Notes: generated by a model not told the origin, from the letters alone. DNA of 44,410 bases from Candidatus Thiodiazotropha taylori (GCA_019100305.1 JAHRHW010000001.1:1-44410), one strand, 5' to 3'. Positions 10,259 through 18,588 are shown, numbered from the stretch's first letter. Made by a program: numbers and translations.

Positions 10259-11185
10259 CTATTGGGCCTGGCGGTTTTCAAACGTATCGATCCTCAGTTG
10301 AGTCCGTTTATCATTGGGATCAAACTTTAATGCACTCTTCCAAAGTTCGATCGCATTGACCGGTTCGGAACGGACACTTCTCAATCCTAACAAATAGAGC
10401 TCCTTAGCAAACTCTTTTCGAGCAGCCAACAGCTTCTTCAGAAATTTATCATCATTGTTGAGTGACTCTTCTGCTGCAGCCAAGTGGTCCAGCGAACTGT
10501 CATAATCCGATTCTCCAAAGGAAGCACGAGCCTGAACAATCCGAACATTCACAAGCATCTCTTTGAGCTCCGTGTCACTTGGATACTTTGTAATATGTTT
10601 CTCGAGTTCTGCAATATAACCCTCAACATCATTAGCTCGGTTTTCCGCCTGTAAAATGGCCTGACGTGAATAGATATATCCCTCATCTTCTGTCTGTCGA
10701 TTCTTTTTACGAAGACTGCTCTTACGATAACGCTGGGAGAGCGCCACTTTCTGCTTCATTTTCTTATGCAGTTGCTTCCTATTGATATCACGCAATCTGT
10801 CAAAGGCAGCTCTGTAATTTGGATCGAGGGTCAGTATTTTAAAATACAACACCTCCGCACTTTGCAATTTACCTCGCGCATACTTCTTCTCGGCTATCGA
10901 CATCAATTTATCTGTTTTCTCTGCGATCAGTTTTTCCAGCCTCTTGACCTCTCTGCCCGGTTTGGTAGTGTCTACTGATACTGTACGTGCAATACGATAT
11001 TCCATCAGTGCACTGTACAGATCCCCCTTCTGCTCATGCTTGGCTGCCGATAGCATCAAACGCTTTGGATCCGAGTAACTTCCTGGATTACTACTCTTTA
11101 CCACTTGTCTGTTTGCACACCCCAGACTGGATAAAATAAACAGAGTGACAAGTAACAGCGAAAAAGTGTGCAGAAAACTGATCAC
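10259..11185 (-). CDS. TPR-repeat lipoprotein
   Basis: Lipobox LSSLG-C and TPR-like segments KILTLDPNYRAA and WKSALKFDPND. Start is 4 nt downstream of the deacetylase stop. Confidence 0.8.
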   Translation of the reverse strand: MISFLHTFSLLLVTLFILSSLGCANRQVVKSSNPGSYSDPKRLMLSAAKHEQKGDLYSALMEYRIARTVSVDTTKPGREVKRLEKLIAEKTDKLMSIAEKKYARGKLQSAEVLYFKILTLDPNYRAAFDRLRDINRKQLHKKMKQKVALSQRYRKSSLRKKNRQTEDEGYIYSRQAILQAENRANDVEGYIAELEKHITKYPSDTELKEMLVNVRIVQARASFGESDYDSSLDHLAAAEESLNNDDKFLKKLLAARKEFAKELYLLGLRSVRSEPVNAIELWKSALKFDPNDKRTQLRIDTFENRQAQ

Positions 11186-11189
11186 AACA

Positions 11190-12263
11190 TCACCGGGTCT
11201 GGAAGGTTTTCAGCTTTGCAACAAAATCGTCCATGCCCCGGTCTCCAAAGATCATGCTTCTGTTCAGTAGATAAGGATAGTTAAATGCTGCATTGGCAGT
11301 GGGCTGAACTGTCAGACCGAGCAATAGACCATTTGCCTTTAACTCTTCAATCACCTGAGGGTTAGTATCGCCAAATGGATAGGCATAGTATTTTGGTGCT
11401 TTTCCCAATGTACTTTCCAATTTACGGCTGGGTATGCGAACTTCGTCCGTGATTCTCTTGCGATACTCAGATTTACTTTCCCCAATGCCATTGAGCGCGA
11501 GATTCGAATGAGTCTTGGAGTGTGGTTGTAAACTGATCAAACCACTGGCATTCATGGCTTTCAGTTCTTTTGTTTTCAATCCGCCGTTATTCATATAATC
11601 ACTGTAGACAAACACCGTTGCAGGAAAATTGAACTTTTTCAGCAGTGGATAGGCGATTGTATAGATGGATCGATGACCATCATCTATGGTTAACACCACT
11701 GATCGCTTTGGCAAGCCACGCTCACCTTTCAAAAAACCATACAGATCCTCAAGGCGAATCACTCTGTAGTCATGCTGCTTGAGATAGGCGAGCTGCTGTT
11801 CGAACTGTTCCGCACTGACTTCCAGTCGACCGCCCTTGTTACCAAAACGGTGATAGCACAATATGGGAACTGTCTGATAACCTTCAAATTCGAAGCCTAT
11901 CGGATTGTCATTCTGCAGTGGAATAATGATCTCATTTCCAGATGCAATGGATCGAGGCTCGTTGGCATCTTCGATCAGCCAGCCGAGACTCTCATCACCA
12001 AGATAGCGACGTGCAAGCTCACTGGCATCCTCATTCCCCACCCTGAGTACGACAAATTCGCTATCCCGCGCCAGAATTTCAGTTGTGACAGGACGTGACG
12101 AACAACCCGCACCCAACAAAAAGAAGAGTGAGAGAAATAAACTGGCAATCAGTAACTTCGATGGTTGATCAGCGCTCATTGACGTCGCTGTTTGCAGTCT
12201 GCCAGATTGATTCACAGACCATGCGCCTTTAACTGTGGCCGTAGGCCGAAGAGAGAGTCTCAT
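11190..12263 (-). CDS. Polysaccharide deacetylase (CE4/NodB fold) lipoprotein with N-terminal degenerate LysM-like domain
   Basis: Motifs VPILCYHRF, VLTIDDG, HSKTH and YAYPFG. Lipobox LLGAG-C. LysM-like segment ASELARRYLGD...WLIEDAN...GNEIIIP. Alternative start ATG 12179. Confidence 0.88.
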   Translation of the reverse strand: MRLSLRPTATVKGAWSVNQSGRLQTATSMSADQPSKLLIASLFLSLFFLLGAGCSSRPVTTEILARDSEFVVLRVGNEDASELARRYLGDESLGWLIEDANEPRSIASGNEIIIPLQNDNPIGFEFEGYQTVPILCYHRFGNKGGRLEVSAEQFEQQLAYLKQHDYRVIRLEDLYGFLKGERGLPKRSVVLTIDDGHRSIYTIAYPLLKKFNFPATVFVYSDYMNNGGLKTKELKAMNASGLISLQPHSKTHSNLALNGIGESKSEYRKRITDEVRIPSRKLESTLGKAPKYYAYPFGDTNPQVIEELKANGLLLGLTVQPTANAAFNYPYLLNRSMIFGDRGMDDFVAKLKTFQTR

Positions 12264-12269
12264 AACAGC

Positions 12270-12540
12270 CTAGGGCCTGTTAACACTAATCCAATCGGCC
12301 CTGCTGGGGCTATTTTTTCGTCCAGCAAGGCAGAATGAGCGACGTGTAGTTGTTCTACATGAGCGAATGATAACGCCGCTGGGCGGAAAAATAGCCCCAG
12401 CCCTCCGGGTTGCGCCTGAAAAAGCGCCACTCGGCGTTGCTCGTCGTTCATTTGGAATCACCAAACCTCTCTCCTCGCGCCTTGATTGGCGCTTTTTCAG
12501 GCACAACAGGGCCAATTGGATTAGTGTTAACAGGCCCTAG
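12270..12540. mobile_element. MITE family A, full-length copy flanked by CTAG
   Basis: Perfect 26-bp terminal inverted repeat including CTAG (CTAGGGCCTGTTAACACTAATCCAAT ... ATTGGATTAGTGTTAACAGGCCCTAG), extending further with mismatches. Two long internal hairpins, no transposase. The right CTAG contains the kinase stop codon. Confidence 0.9.
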
Positions 12541-14342
12541 TTTCTTTTTATGATTCTTGTCGCATCATCCATATCATCGTCTAGCTCCTGACTATCATCC
12601 ACGCCGATTACATCATTCAAAGGCTGCTTTGCTGGCGCAATCCGTGTCTCGTCATCATCTTCGGGCTCTGGCTCAATTTGTGGTTGGGTCTGAGTTGGCG
12701 TTTGTGTATCGAGGTCGGATTGGGTCTCATCCTCTGTCACTACCTCTGCCTGCTGCTTGTTCTGCAACTCCTCTGCCATCCTATTGTAATCTTTAAACAT
12801 CAAGCCCAGTTCGTCATTCCGTTCCTGGCGTATCCGATATGCATAGTTACCCTGACTGATATGCCGCATCGCCTTTCTGAGGATTTTCATCGGCAGCGTG
12901 ATACCAGTCGCCAACAGATAGGCCACCACAACCACAGTCAGAACAACAGCCAGCAAAAGACCGAGCATGGTATAAAAAGTCAGATCTGCCGCAGCTATCA
13001 GTGGGGTTTGAGAGAGACCTAACTGTACACCACCGATTGTTTTATTCTGAAAGATCAGCGGTGCTTGAAAATCAAAGACTTCCTCTCCCTGCCACTCGGC
13101 TTCGGTGATAACGATTCCCCCCTCCTCTCTCAACACCTCGCCAGAGAGGGATTGTTCCAGAGTTTCACCCACCTCATCCAGTGAAGTACTTGCCCGTAAT
13201 ACCCGCCTGTGATCAAAGATCTTCAGGTAACTGATCTGTTGACGATCGTTGATCTCCTGTACAAAAGTCTCAATAGCCACCCAGTCCTGTATCAATACAG
13301 CTTCTGCGCTTTCAATGGCGATAAAATCAGCCAAAGAACCACCTGAGTCCAAGGTCAGTTCCGTCATTGTCTCTACTTGCTTTTGATAGACCAGATAGGA
13401 ACCTAAAATCATAGCCAGCGAGACGACCATTGCCATCACTGCCGTCCATTTGATACGCAACGGCAGGATCTTTGATTCATTGATATGCTGCTGTTTTTCA
13501 TCGATCTCATGGATTACACGGCGCAGCGCATCGGCAAGTTCCTTACCTGTTTGAAAACGATTGGCAGGATTCTTGTTGAGCAACTTCTCGACAATCGCTT
13601 TCAGACTTTGAGGTATGTCCGTCTTCTTGATATCGATCGGTGCCGGCTCTTCCTGTACGATCTTCATCAACAGGGAGGTCAGGGTCTCCGACACAAACGG
13701 TTTAACACCCGTAAGTAATTGATAGAGAATCACACCGAGTGAAAAAAGGTCGGATCGACCATCCACTTGCTGCCCTTCAACCTGTTCCGGTGACATATAT
13801 TGAGGCGTACCGAGGACAGAACCTATCCTGGTTTTATGCTCTTTGTTCGGAGCATCGATCCTGGCGATTCCGAAATCCGTTATACGCAGTGAGTGACCAT
13901 AACCGGGGGAGATGATGTTACCGGGTTTGACATCCCGATGAACAATTCCCCGGGCATGGGAATAGTCGAGCGCTTCGGCCAATTGGATGCCGTAGATAAC
14001 CACATCCCGGGTTGCAATGTCCTGCTCACTATCCATGATCTCCTCAAGGGTTTGTCCCTCAAGAAACTCCATGGCGATATAGGGTCCCTGTTCCACTTCG
14101 CCGACATCGAAAATGGTAACAATATTGGGGTGGGTCAGCTTGCCTGCAGCTTTGGCCTCCTGCAGAAAGCGATATCGATATTCCGGATCAACAGCACACT
14201 CACCACGCAGCAGCTTGATGGCCAGGGGCCGATTGATTTCAGGATCAAAAGCTTTGTAGACAATCGACATTGCGCCTTCGCCTACCTCTTCCACCAACTG
14301 GAATCTTCCGATCGATTCCGGCATAGGATATTGGTTATCCAA
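12537..14342 (-). CDS. Hanks-type Ser/Thr receptor kinase: kinase - TM - extracytoplasmic domain - TM - HAMP - acidic tail
   Basis: Kinase motifs GEGAMSIVY, AIKLL, HRDVKPGN, DFGIAR, GTPQYMSPEQ and DLFSLG. Two TM helices, then HAMP TLPMKILRKAMRHISQGNY...NDELGLMFKDYNRMAEEL. TTG start preceded by AGGAGAGG. Confidence 0.93.
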   Translation of the reverse strand: MDNQYPMPESIGRFQLVEEVGEGAMSIVYKAFDPEINRPLAIKLLRGECAVDPEYRYRFLQEAKAAGKLTHPNIVTIFDVGEVEQGPYIAMEFLEGQTLEEIMDSEQDIATRDVVIYGIQLAEALDYSHARGIVHRDVKPGNIISPGYGHSLRITDFGIARIDAPNKEHKTRIGSVLGTPQYMSPEQVEGQQVDGRSDLFSLGVILYQLLTGVKPFVSETLTSLLMKIVQEEPAPIDIKKTDIPQSLKAIVEKLLNKNPANRFQTGKELADALRRVIHEIDEKQQHINESKILPLRIKWTAVMAMVVSLAMILGSYLVYQKQVETMTELTLDSGGSLADFIAIESAEAVLIQDWVAIETFVQEINDRQQISYLKIFDHRRVLRASTSLDEVGETLEQSLSGEVLREEGGIVITEAEWQGEEVFDFQAPLIFQNKTIGGVQLGLSQTPLIAAADLTFYTMLGLLLAVVLTVVVVAYLLATGITLPMKILRKAMRHISQGNYAYRIRQERNDELGLMFKDYNRMAEELQNKQQAEVVTEDETQSDLDTQTPTQTQPQIEPEPEDDDETRIAPAKQPLNDVIGVDDSQELDDDMDDATRIIKRN

Positions 14343-14621
14343 ATCACCTCTCCTACAACTGCGCTATCAAACACAGGAAGGCCTTCTTCCAAGCCCTATG
14401 AGGCAGACTTCACTCACGGCTAAGTGGACCCGTAAAACACCGGGTCTAAACCTCAGCAGCTATGCCAAAGGACCCAATATTTTACTTCACATCCTGCAGC
14501 CACCTGGTGGTGGCGGTTTTTGCCTTAGTTCACTATACAATATCGTCCATTTTCCTGAAAGAGTGTAGCAAATCAACAAAAACTCATTGACGTAACTCAT
14601 TTATTTGATTAGCTTTCTTAT

Positions 14622-14721
14622 CTAAGGGTAGTTAACACTAATCGAGTTTCTTCTGTAATGCCTTGTTGGACGCCAAAACAGCTCCAGCAGGACTTATTGG
14701 AATAATGTTAACAGGCCCAAG
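14622..14721. mobile_element. Degenerate, internally deleted, inverted copy of MITE family A
   Basis: 14659-14721 matches the reverse complement of 12270-12332 at 52/63 positions without gaps (manual count). 14622-14643 matches the terminal repeat at 18/22. Confidence 0.8.
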
Positions 14722-14805
14722 TGCGACGCATTGTGAAAAGGCCTTGTCGTATGGATAAACAGCCTGAAAATTCTGCTTCTCAGGCAAATAATAAGCGGGC
14801 ATCTC

Positions 14806-15594
14806 ATGACAGACTCTTTCGACATCCCAAGACTGATAGAACTCCGAAAGCTTACCCGCTCAGTATCTGAACGGATTGAGACACAACTCAAGTCCTATTT
14901 GTCTACCCTGGCACCACTTTTTTCACCTCAACCGATCCTCGGCGAATACATCCGCGGGGGCTCCAAATCCTCAGTCAAAGGGGCAGAGAAGAACTTTCAA
15001 GAGCTGAAAAAGCACTACCTCACCATTGCCAGGCAAAAGCCCTACTCACTGGACAGTGATATCTCACCACCGTTGGATATTTTTGCAGCCACGCCCGCAT
15101 TGACACCGGTCACATACCCCTACACAGCTGAAAATGAGGGTAAATCCGCAGAGCTCACGGTCACCTCCCCTCTGCAGTGGATACTCTCCTATCCGGGTAT
15201 GGCGCCAAATCAGATAGCCGATCTGTTGAAAGGCAACCGAAGTCAAATTCAGGATGAGTTGGCACATACCTTACTGCAGTGCCTGACCCTGAACCTTGTC
15301 CTGGAGAAACAGACCGGCCTGAGGAACCTGCTCAAGGATCTGCGTTTTAAACTGGAGACGATTCAAATGGACAGCCTGGGTGATCTGCCTGTGTTACTGA
15401 TCTCTTGTCCGATTTCCACTGAATTGCCCTCAGATGACGTAATCATTCAGAATACGGAAATCTCTGGGATTCCATCTTTTGAAGAGATTATCAAAATCAA
15501 TGACATCAGGAGCATGTCTGACCCGCTACGGGAAACACTGCTCGGGATAACCCAGGAAGTGACACCTGAGATCTATCAGGAACTCGTCTCTTAG
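14806..15594 (+). CDS. Soluble hypothetical protein, divergent from the kinase operon
   Basis: 262-aa ORF with normal composition, no signal peptide or TM, and no motif I can name with confidence. Confidence 0.8.
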   Translation: MTDSFDIPRLIELRKLTRSVSERIETQLKSYLSTLAPLFSPQPILGEYIRGGSKSSVKGAEKNFQELKKHYLTIARQKPYSLDSDISPPLDIFAATPALTPVTYPYTAENEGKSAELTVTSPLQWILSYPGMAPNQIADLLKGNRSQIQDELAHTLLQCLTLNLVLEKQTGLRNLLKDLRFKLETIQMDSLGDLPVLLISCPISTELPSDDVIIQNTEISGIPSFEEIIKINDIRSMSDPLRETLLGITQEVTPEIYQELVS

Positions 15595-15846
15595 GGCTTG
15601 CAAACAATTCGATTCAGCATGGGGAACAGATAGCTCCACTGATCAACAAAGCATCGATCAACTTCTGTCACATAATCGCCATTGAGACGATTTAGGCACG
15701 ATTGGATGATCACCCCCTGACCTGACCCTTACGCCAATTCAGGCTTTTTAATAATTACTATAAATAAAACAGGGTTTATCTTGCTGGGTGTTCTTCCTAA
15801 AATCTGCGCTATTCTTAGAATTCAACTCAAATAACAGGATTTAGAC

Positions 15847-16347
15847 ATGGCAACGATCACTCTAGAAGGCAACCCAATCAACACCAATGGCGATCTGCCG
15901 GCAGTCGGCTCTGATGCACCGGACTTCTCTTTGACGGCTGGTGATCTGTCAGATGTCTCTTTACAGAATTATGTTGGCAAAAAAAAGCTACTGAATATCG
16001 TTCCCAGTCTTGATACCGGTGTCTGTGCGACCTCAACCATCACCTTCAACAAAGCCATGGCCGACAAGCCCAATTCAGTAGCCTTGGTCGTCTCCGCTGA
16101 CCTTCCTTTCGCTCAAGGTCGATTCTGCAGTGCTGAGGGTGTGGAGAATGTCGTCTCACTCTCCATGATGCATAACCGTAACTTCGCCAAAGATTATGGC
16201 GTATTGATCAGCGATGGTCCGCTCGCTGGCATCTGCGCCCGTGCTGTGGTTGTGGTGGATGAGAACAACAAAGTGATCTACACCCAGTTGGTACCTGAAA
16301 TTGTTCAGGAACCCGACTATGAGGCGGCCTTGGCTCATCTCGACTGA
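15847..16347 (+). CDS. tpx: Thiol peroxidase (atypical 2-Cys peroxiredoxin)
   Basis: Motifs NIVPSLDTGVCA, SADLPFAQGRFC and EPDYEAAL. Confidence 0.95.
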   Translation: MATITLEGNPINTNGDLPAVGSDAPDFSLTAGDLSDVSLQNYVGKKKLLNIVPSLDTGVCATSTITFNKAMADKPNSVALVVSADLPFAQGRFCSAEGVENVVSLSMMHNRNFAKDYGVLISDGPLAGICARAVVVVDENNKVIYTQLVPEIVQEPDYEAALAHLD

Positions 16348-16386
16348 TAGGCCACTGATCGAGTCAGCACACGGATCGTTGTGTGT

Positions 16387-16418
16387 AAAAAAAAACGGGC
16401 TTGTAGCCCGTTTTTTTT
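16387..16418. terminator. Bidirectional intrinsic terminator between convergent genes
   Basis: A9-CGGGC-TTGTA-GCCCG-T8. Confidence 0.9.
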
Positions 16419-16429
16419 GCTTTCAGAAA

Positions 16430-17647
16430 TTATCTGTAATTGTAGTAGCCTTGATAGGGGCCAGGACCGTAGGGTCCGTAACCCGGGTTAGGATTGCGCC
16501 ACATACGTGGCGGTGGAGGCATCATCGCTTCGTGCAGCTCTCTCTCAGCCTGCATTCTGTTCTGCATGGCTTCCATTTCCGCCTGTGCCGCATCCCTCAA
16601 CTCATCGAACTCTTTAAGGATTTTTGTAACAGACTCTGTGTGCATTTCATGCACACTCTGCTGTTGATCATCTTGAGCAGAAGCAGTTTCCTGGCCACTC
16701 TGTTGCGCAGCTGCCCCTGTCTCAGCCGATGACTGATCCGCTTCACCTGATGCCTCTGCTGCTGCCGGTTGGCTTAACACTTTGACCTCGGGTGACATGC
16801 TCGACCCTGAGACCAGATTACCCGAACTTTCGCCAGAAACATCTGCAGCAGAAGGCGCCTCACTCTGACCACTCTCAGCTTCAGCCACACTCGCTTGCTG
16901 ATTGTCTGTGCCGGCTTCACCGGTAGCCGCTGCTGGTGCGGATGAGGTGGCAGATTGATCTGTCGTGGACGAAGCGGCAGCCTGATCTGATGTAGATGAG
17001 GCGTCTGAATCCGAGGCTGTGACCTCAACCTGAGTGGAATCCGAAGCTTCGCCTGTTGATTGGTCAACCGGGCTTTTCGCCAGTGAACGGATATACATGA
17101 ATCCCAGAATAATAATAACCAGCCAGAAAATGACTTTTACCCAAAAGCCACCTGAGCTCTTTGTTGTTGTCGACATGGATGTCTCCTCCGAAGTTGACTC
17201 TTTCTCTTCTATTTGTTTCTGTACCACCACATTTGATGATGGTGTCTTATTGCTCTCAGCGGCTGTGGTTGAAGTGGAGGCTTGAGCACCCGCCGCAGCC
17301 ACGGCGGTCGGTGTCGCAGCTTTAGCTTCAGTAGCGGCTTCCGGCTTGTCAGTTTGCGGGGTTGCTGCAGTTTCCGTGCTTGTCGCTTTAGCTTCAGTGC
17401 CGACTTCCGGCTTTTCAGTCGGTGCGGCTGTTGCGATTTTCGCACTTGCAGCTTTACTACTCTCTGTCTTTTTGGCTGAGACCTTCTTCTTGGCAGCGGC
17501 TTTTTTCTTTGCTGTCGCTTTCTTCTTGGCTACCTTTTTCTTGGCAACTTTCTTTTTCGCAGCTTTCTTTTTAACTGTTGTTGCTGTCTTTTGAGGTTGT
17601 TTTTCTACGCTTTCATCAGCGTTGTTAGTCTCATCAGCCATCTTCAC
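16430..17647 (-). CDS. Bitopic membrane protein with Lys/Ala-rich histone H1-like N-terminus, low-complexity linker and Pro/Gly/Tyr-rich tail
   Basis: KKKAAKKKVAKKKVAKKKATAKKKAAAKKK, one TM (FWVKVIFWLVIIILGFMYI), a Ser/Ala/Glu-rich stretch, a helical segment and the tail PPPPRMWRNPNPGYGPYGPGPYQGYYNYR. Confidence 0.75.
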   Translation of the reverse strand: MKMADETNNADESVEKQPQKTATTVKKKAAKKKVAKKKVAKKKATAKKKAAAKKKVSAKKTESSKAASAKIATAAPTEKPEVGTEAKATSTETAATPQTDKPEAATEAKAATPTAVAAAGAQASTSTTAAESNKTPSSNVVVQKQIEEKESTSEETSMSTTTKSSGGFWVKVIFWLVIIILGFMYIRSLAKSPVDQSTGEASDSTQVEVTASDSDASSTSDQAAASSTTDQSATSSAPAAATGEAGTDNQQASVAEAESGQSEAPSAADVSGESSGNLVSGSSMSPEVKVLSQPAAAEASGEADQSSAETGAAAQQSGQETASAQDDQQQSVHEMHTESVTKILKEFDELRDAAQAEMEAMQNRMQAERELHEAMMPPPPRMWRNPNPGYGPYGPGPYQGYYNYR

Positions 17648-17901
17648 TCCCCTATATCGACGTACCTAATTACTGCAGCATTGTACCTGTAAACTGATTG
17701 AATCGATAATTTTAACCCGAAGACCAAACAGTTTGCTTTCAGCTTCCGTCAGCCTGGCTGCAGAGAAGCAGCAAATCAACGCTGGGACATGCCAGCAGCC
17801 GCTTGCGTCAAGCCTGACTCTATAATAATCAAAATGTTAGGAGCATCAAGCATGCCCTGAAAGTCACTTTTTTACCACCGGTTTGGTACCACTAAAAACC
17901 T

Positions 17902-18588
17902 CTATTCAGTGCGCACTGTTAACCAGTCTGCAATCCAGGCCTGACTCAGATCGTCCGGATCGACAGCGAGCAACCATTTTCCCTTGCGATCGACAATAAA
18001 CAGCCTGGCCCCAGCCTCGACCCGTTTAACCACAGGATGTTCTGTTCCCGGGCCTGCACGTAAATTGACCACATCAGCCTCTACCACCCTCTGCTCACTG
18101 AACCAATCTGACTGTAGTACTGTTTTGAGTTGATTTATCAGTACTTTTTCCGGTTTCAGAAGCTTGGATTTTATGATCTCACGAGCATCTCCATGTCCCC
18201 TTTCAGCGGCCGTACGATACCATTTGAACGCCTCTTGGTGGTTCTTTTTGATGCCTTCTCCATTGGTGTAGGCCAATGCCAGGGCAAACATGGCTTCGTT
18301 GTGTCCCTGGGCGGCAGAACGCTTCCACCAGTAGACCGCCTTATCGATATCAACCCTGAGACCATTACCATTGGCATAGAGCCAGCCCAGATGATAAGCA
18401 GCCTCCACATGACCCTGCATAGCCAATGGCCGCCAGAGACAGAATGCTTCCGCGAAATCACCATCATTCAATGATGACATGCCAAGCTCGAAAGCTCCGC
18501 CGTGCAGATTACGACTATTGATTAAAATCAAAAGGAGTAATGATCTATAACATATTGTTATTAAAATATTATTACTTCTGATCGTCAT
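17902..18588 (-). CDS. Exported Sel1-like repeat protein with C-terminal bacterial SH3 domain
   Basis: Sel1 repeats (AAYHLGWLYANGNG, AMFALALAYTNGEG) and SH3b motif VNLRAGPGTEHPVV...AWI. Confidence 0.85.
   Translation of the reverse strand: MTIRSNNILITICYRSLLLLILINSRNLHGGAFELGMSSLNDGDFAEAFCLWRPLAMQGHVEAAYHLGWLYANGNGLRVDIDKAVYWWKRSAAQGHNEAMFALALAYTNGEGIKKNHQEAFKWYRTAAERGHGDAREIIKSKLLKPEKVLINQLKTVLQSDWFSEQRVVEADVVNLRAGPGTEHPVVKRVEAGARLFIVDRKGKWLLAVDPDDLSQAWIADWLTVRTE

Noticed and set aside
6081-11185. T6SS effector-immunity pair
   Set aside because: No vgrG, PAAR, hcp, Rhs or recognisable toxin domain is present. The lipoproteins look like scaffolds rather than immunity proteins.
12260-12515. 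ORFs of 63 and 81 aa between the kinase and the deacetylase
   Set aside because: They lie essentially within the palindromic MITE and have no protein motifs.
12270-14721. Repeats read as a CRISPR array or an autonomous IS
   Set aside because: There is no regularly spaced repeat-spacer structure, no cas gene and no transposase in the window.
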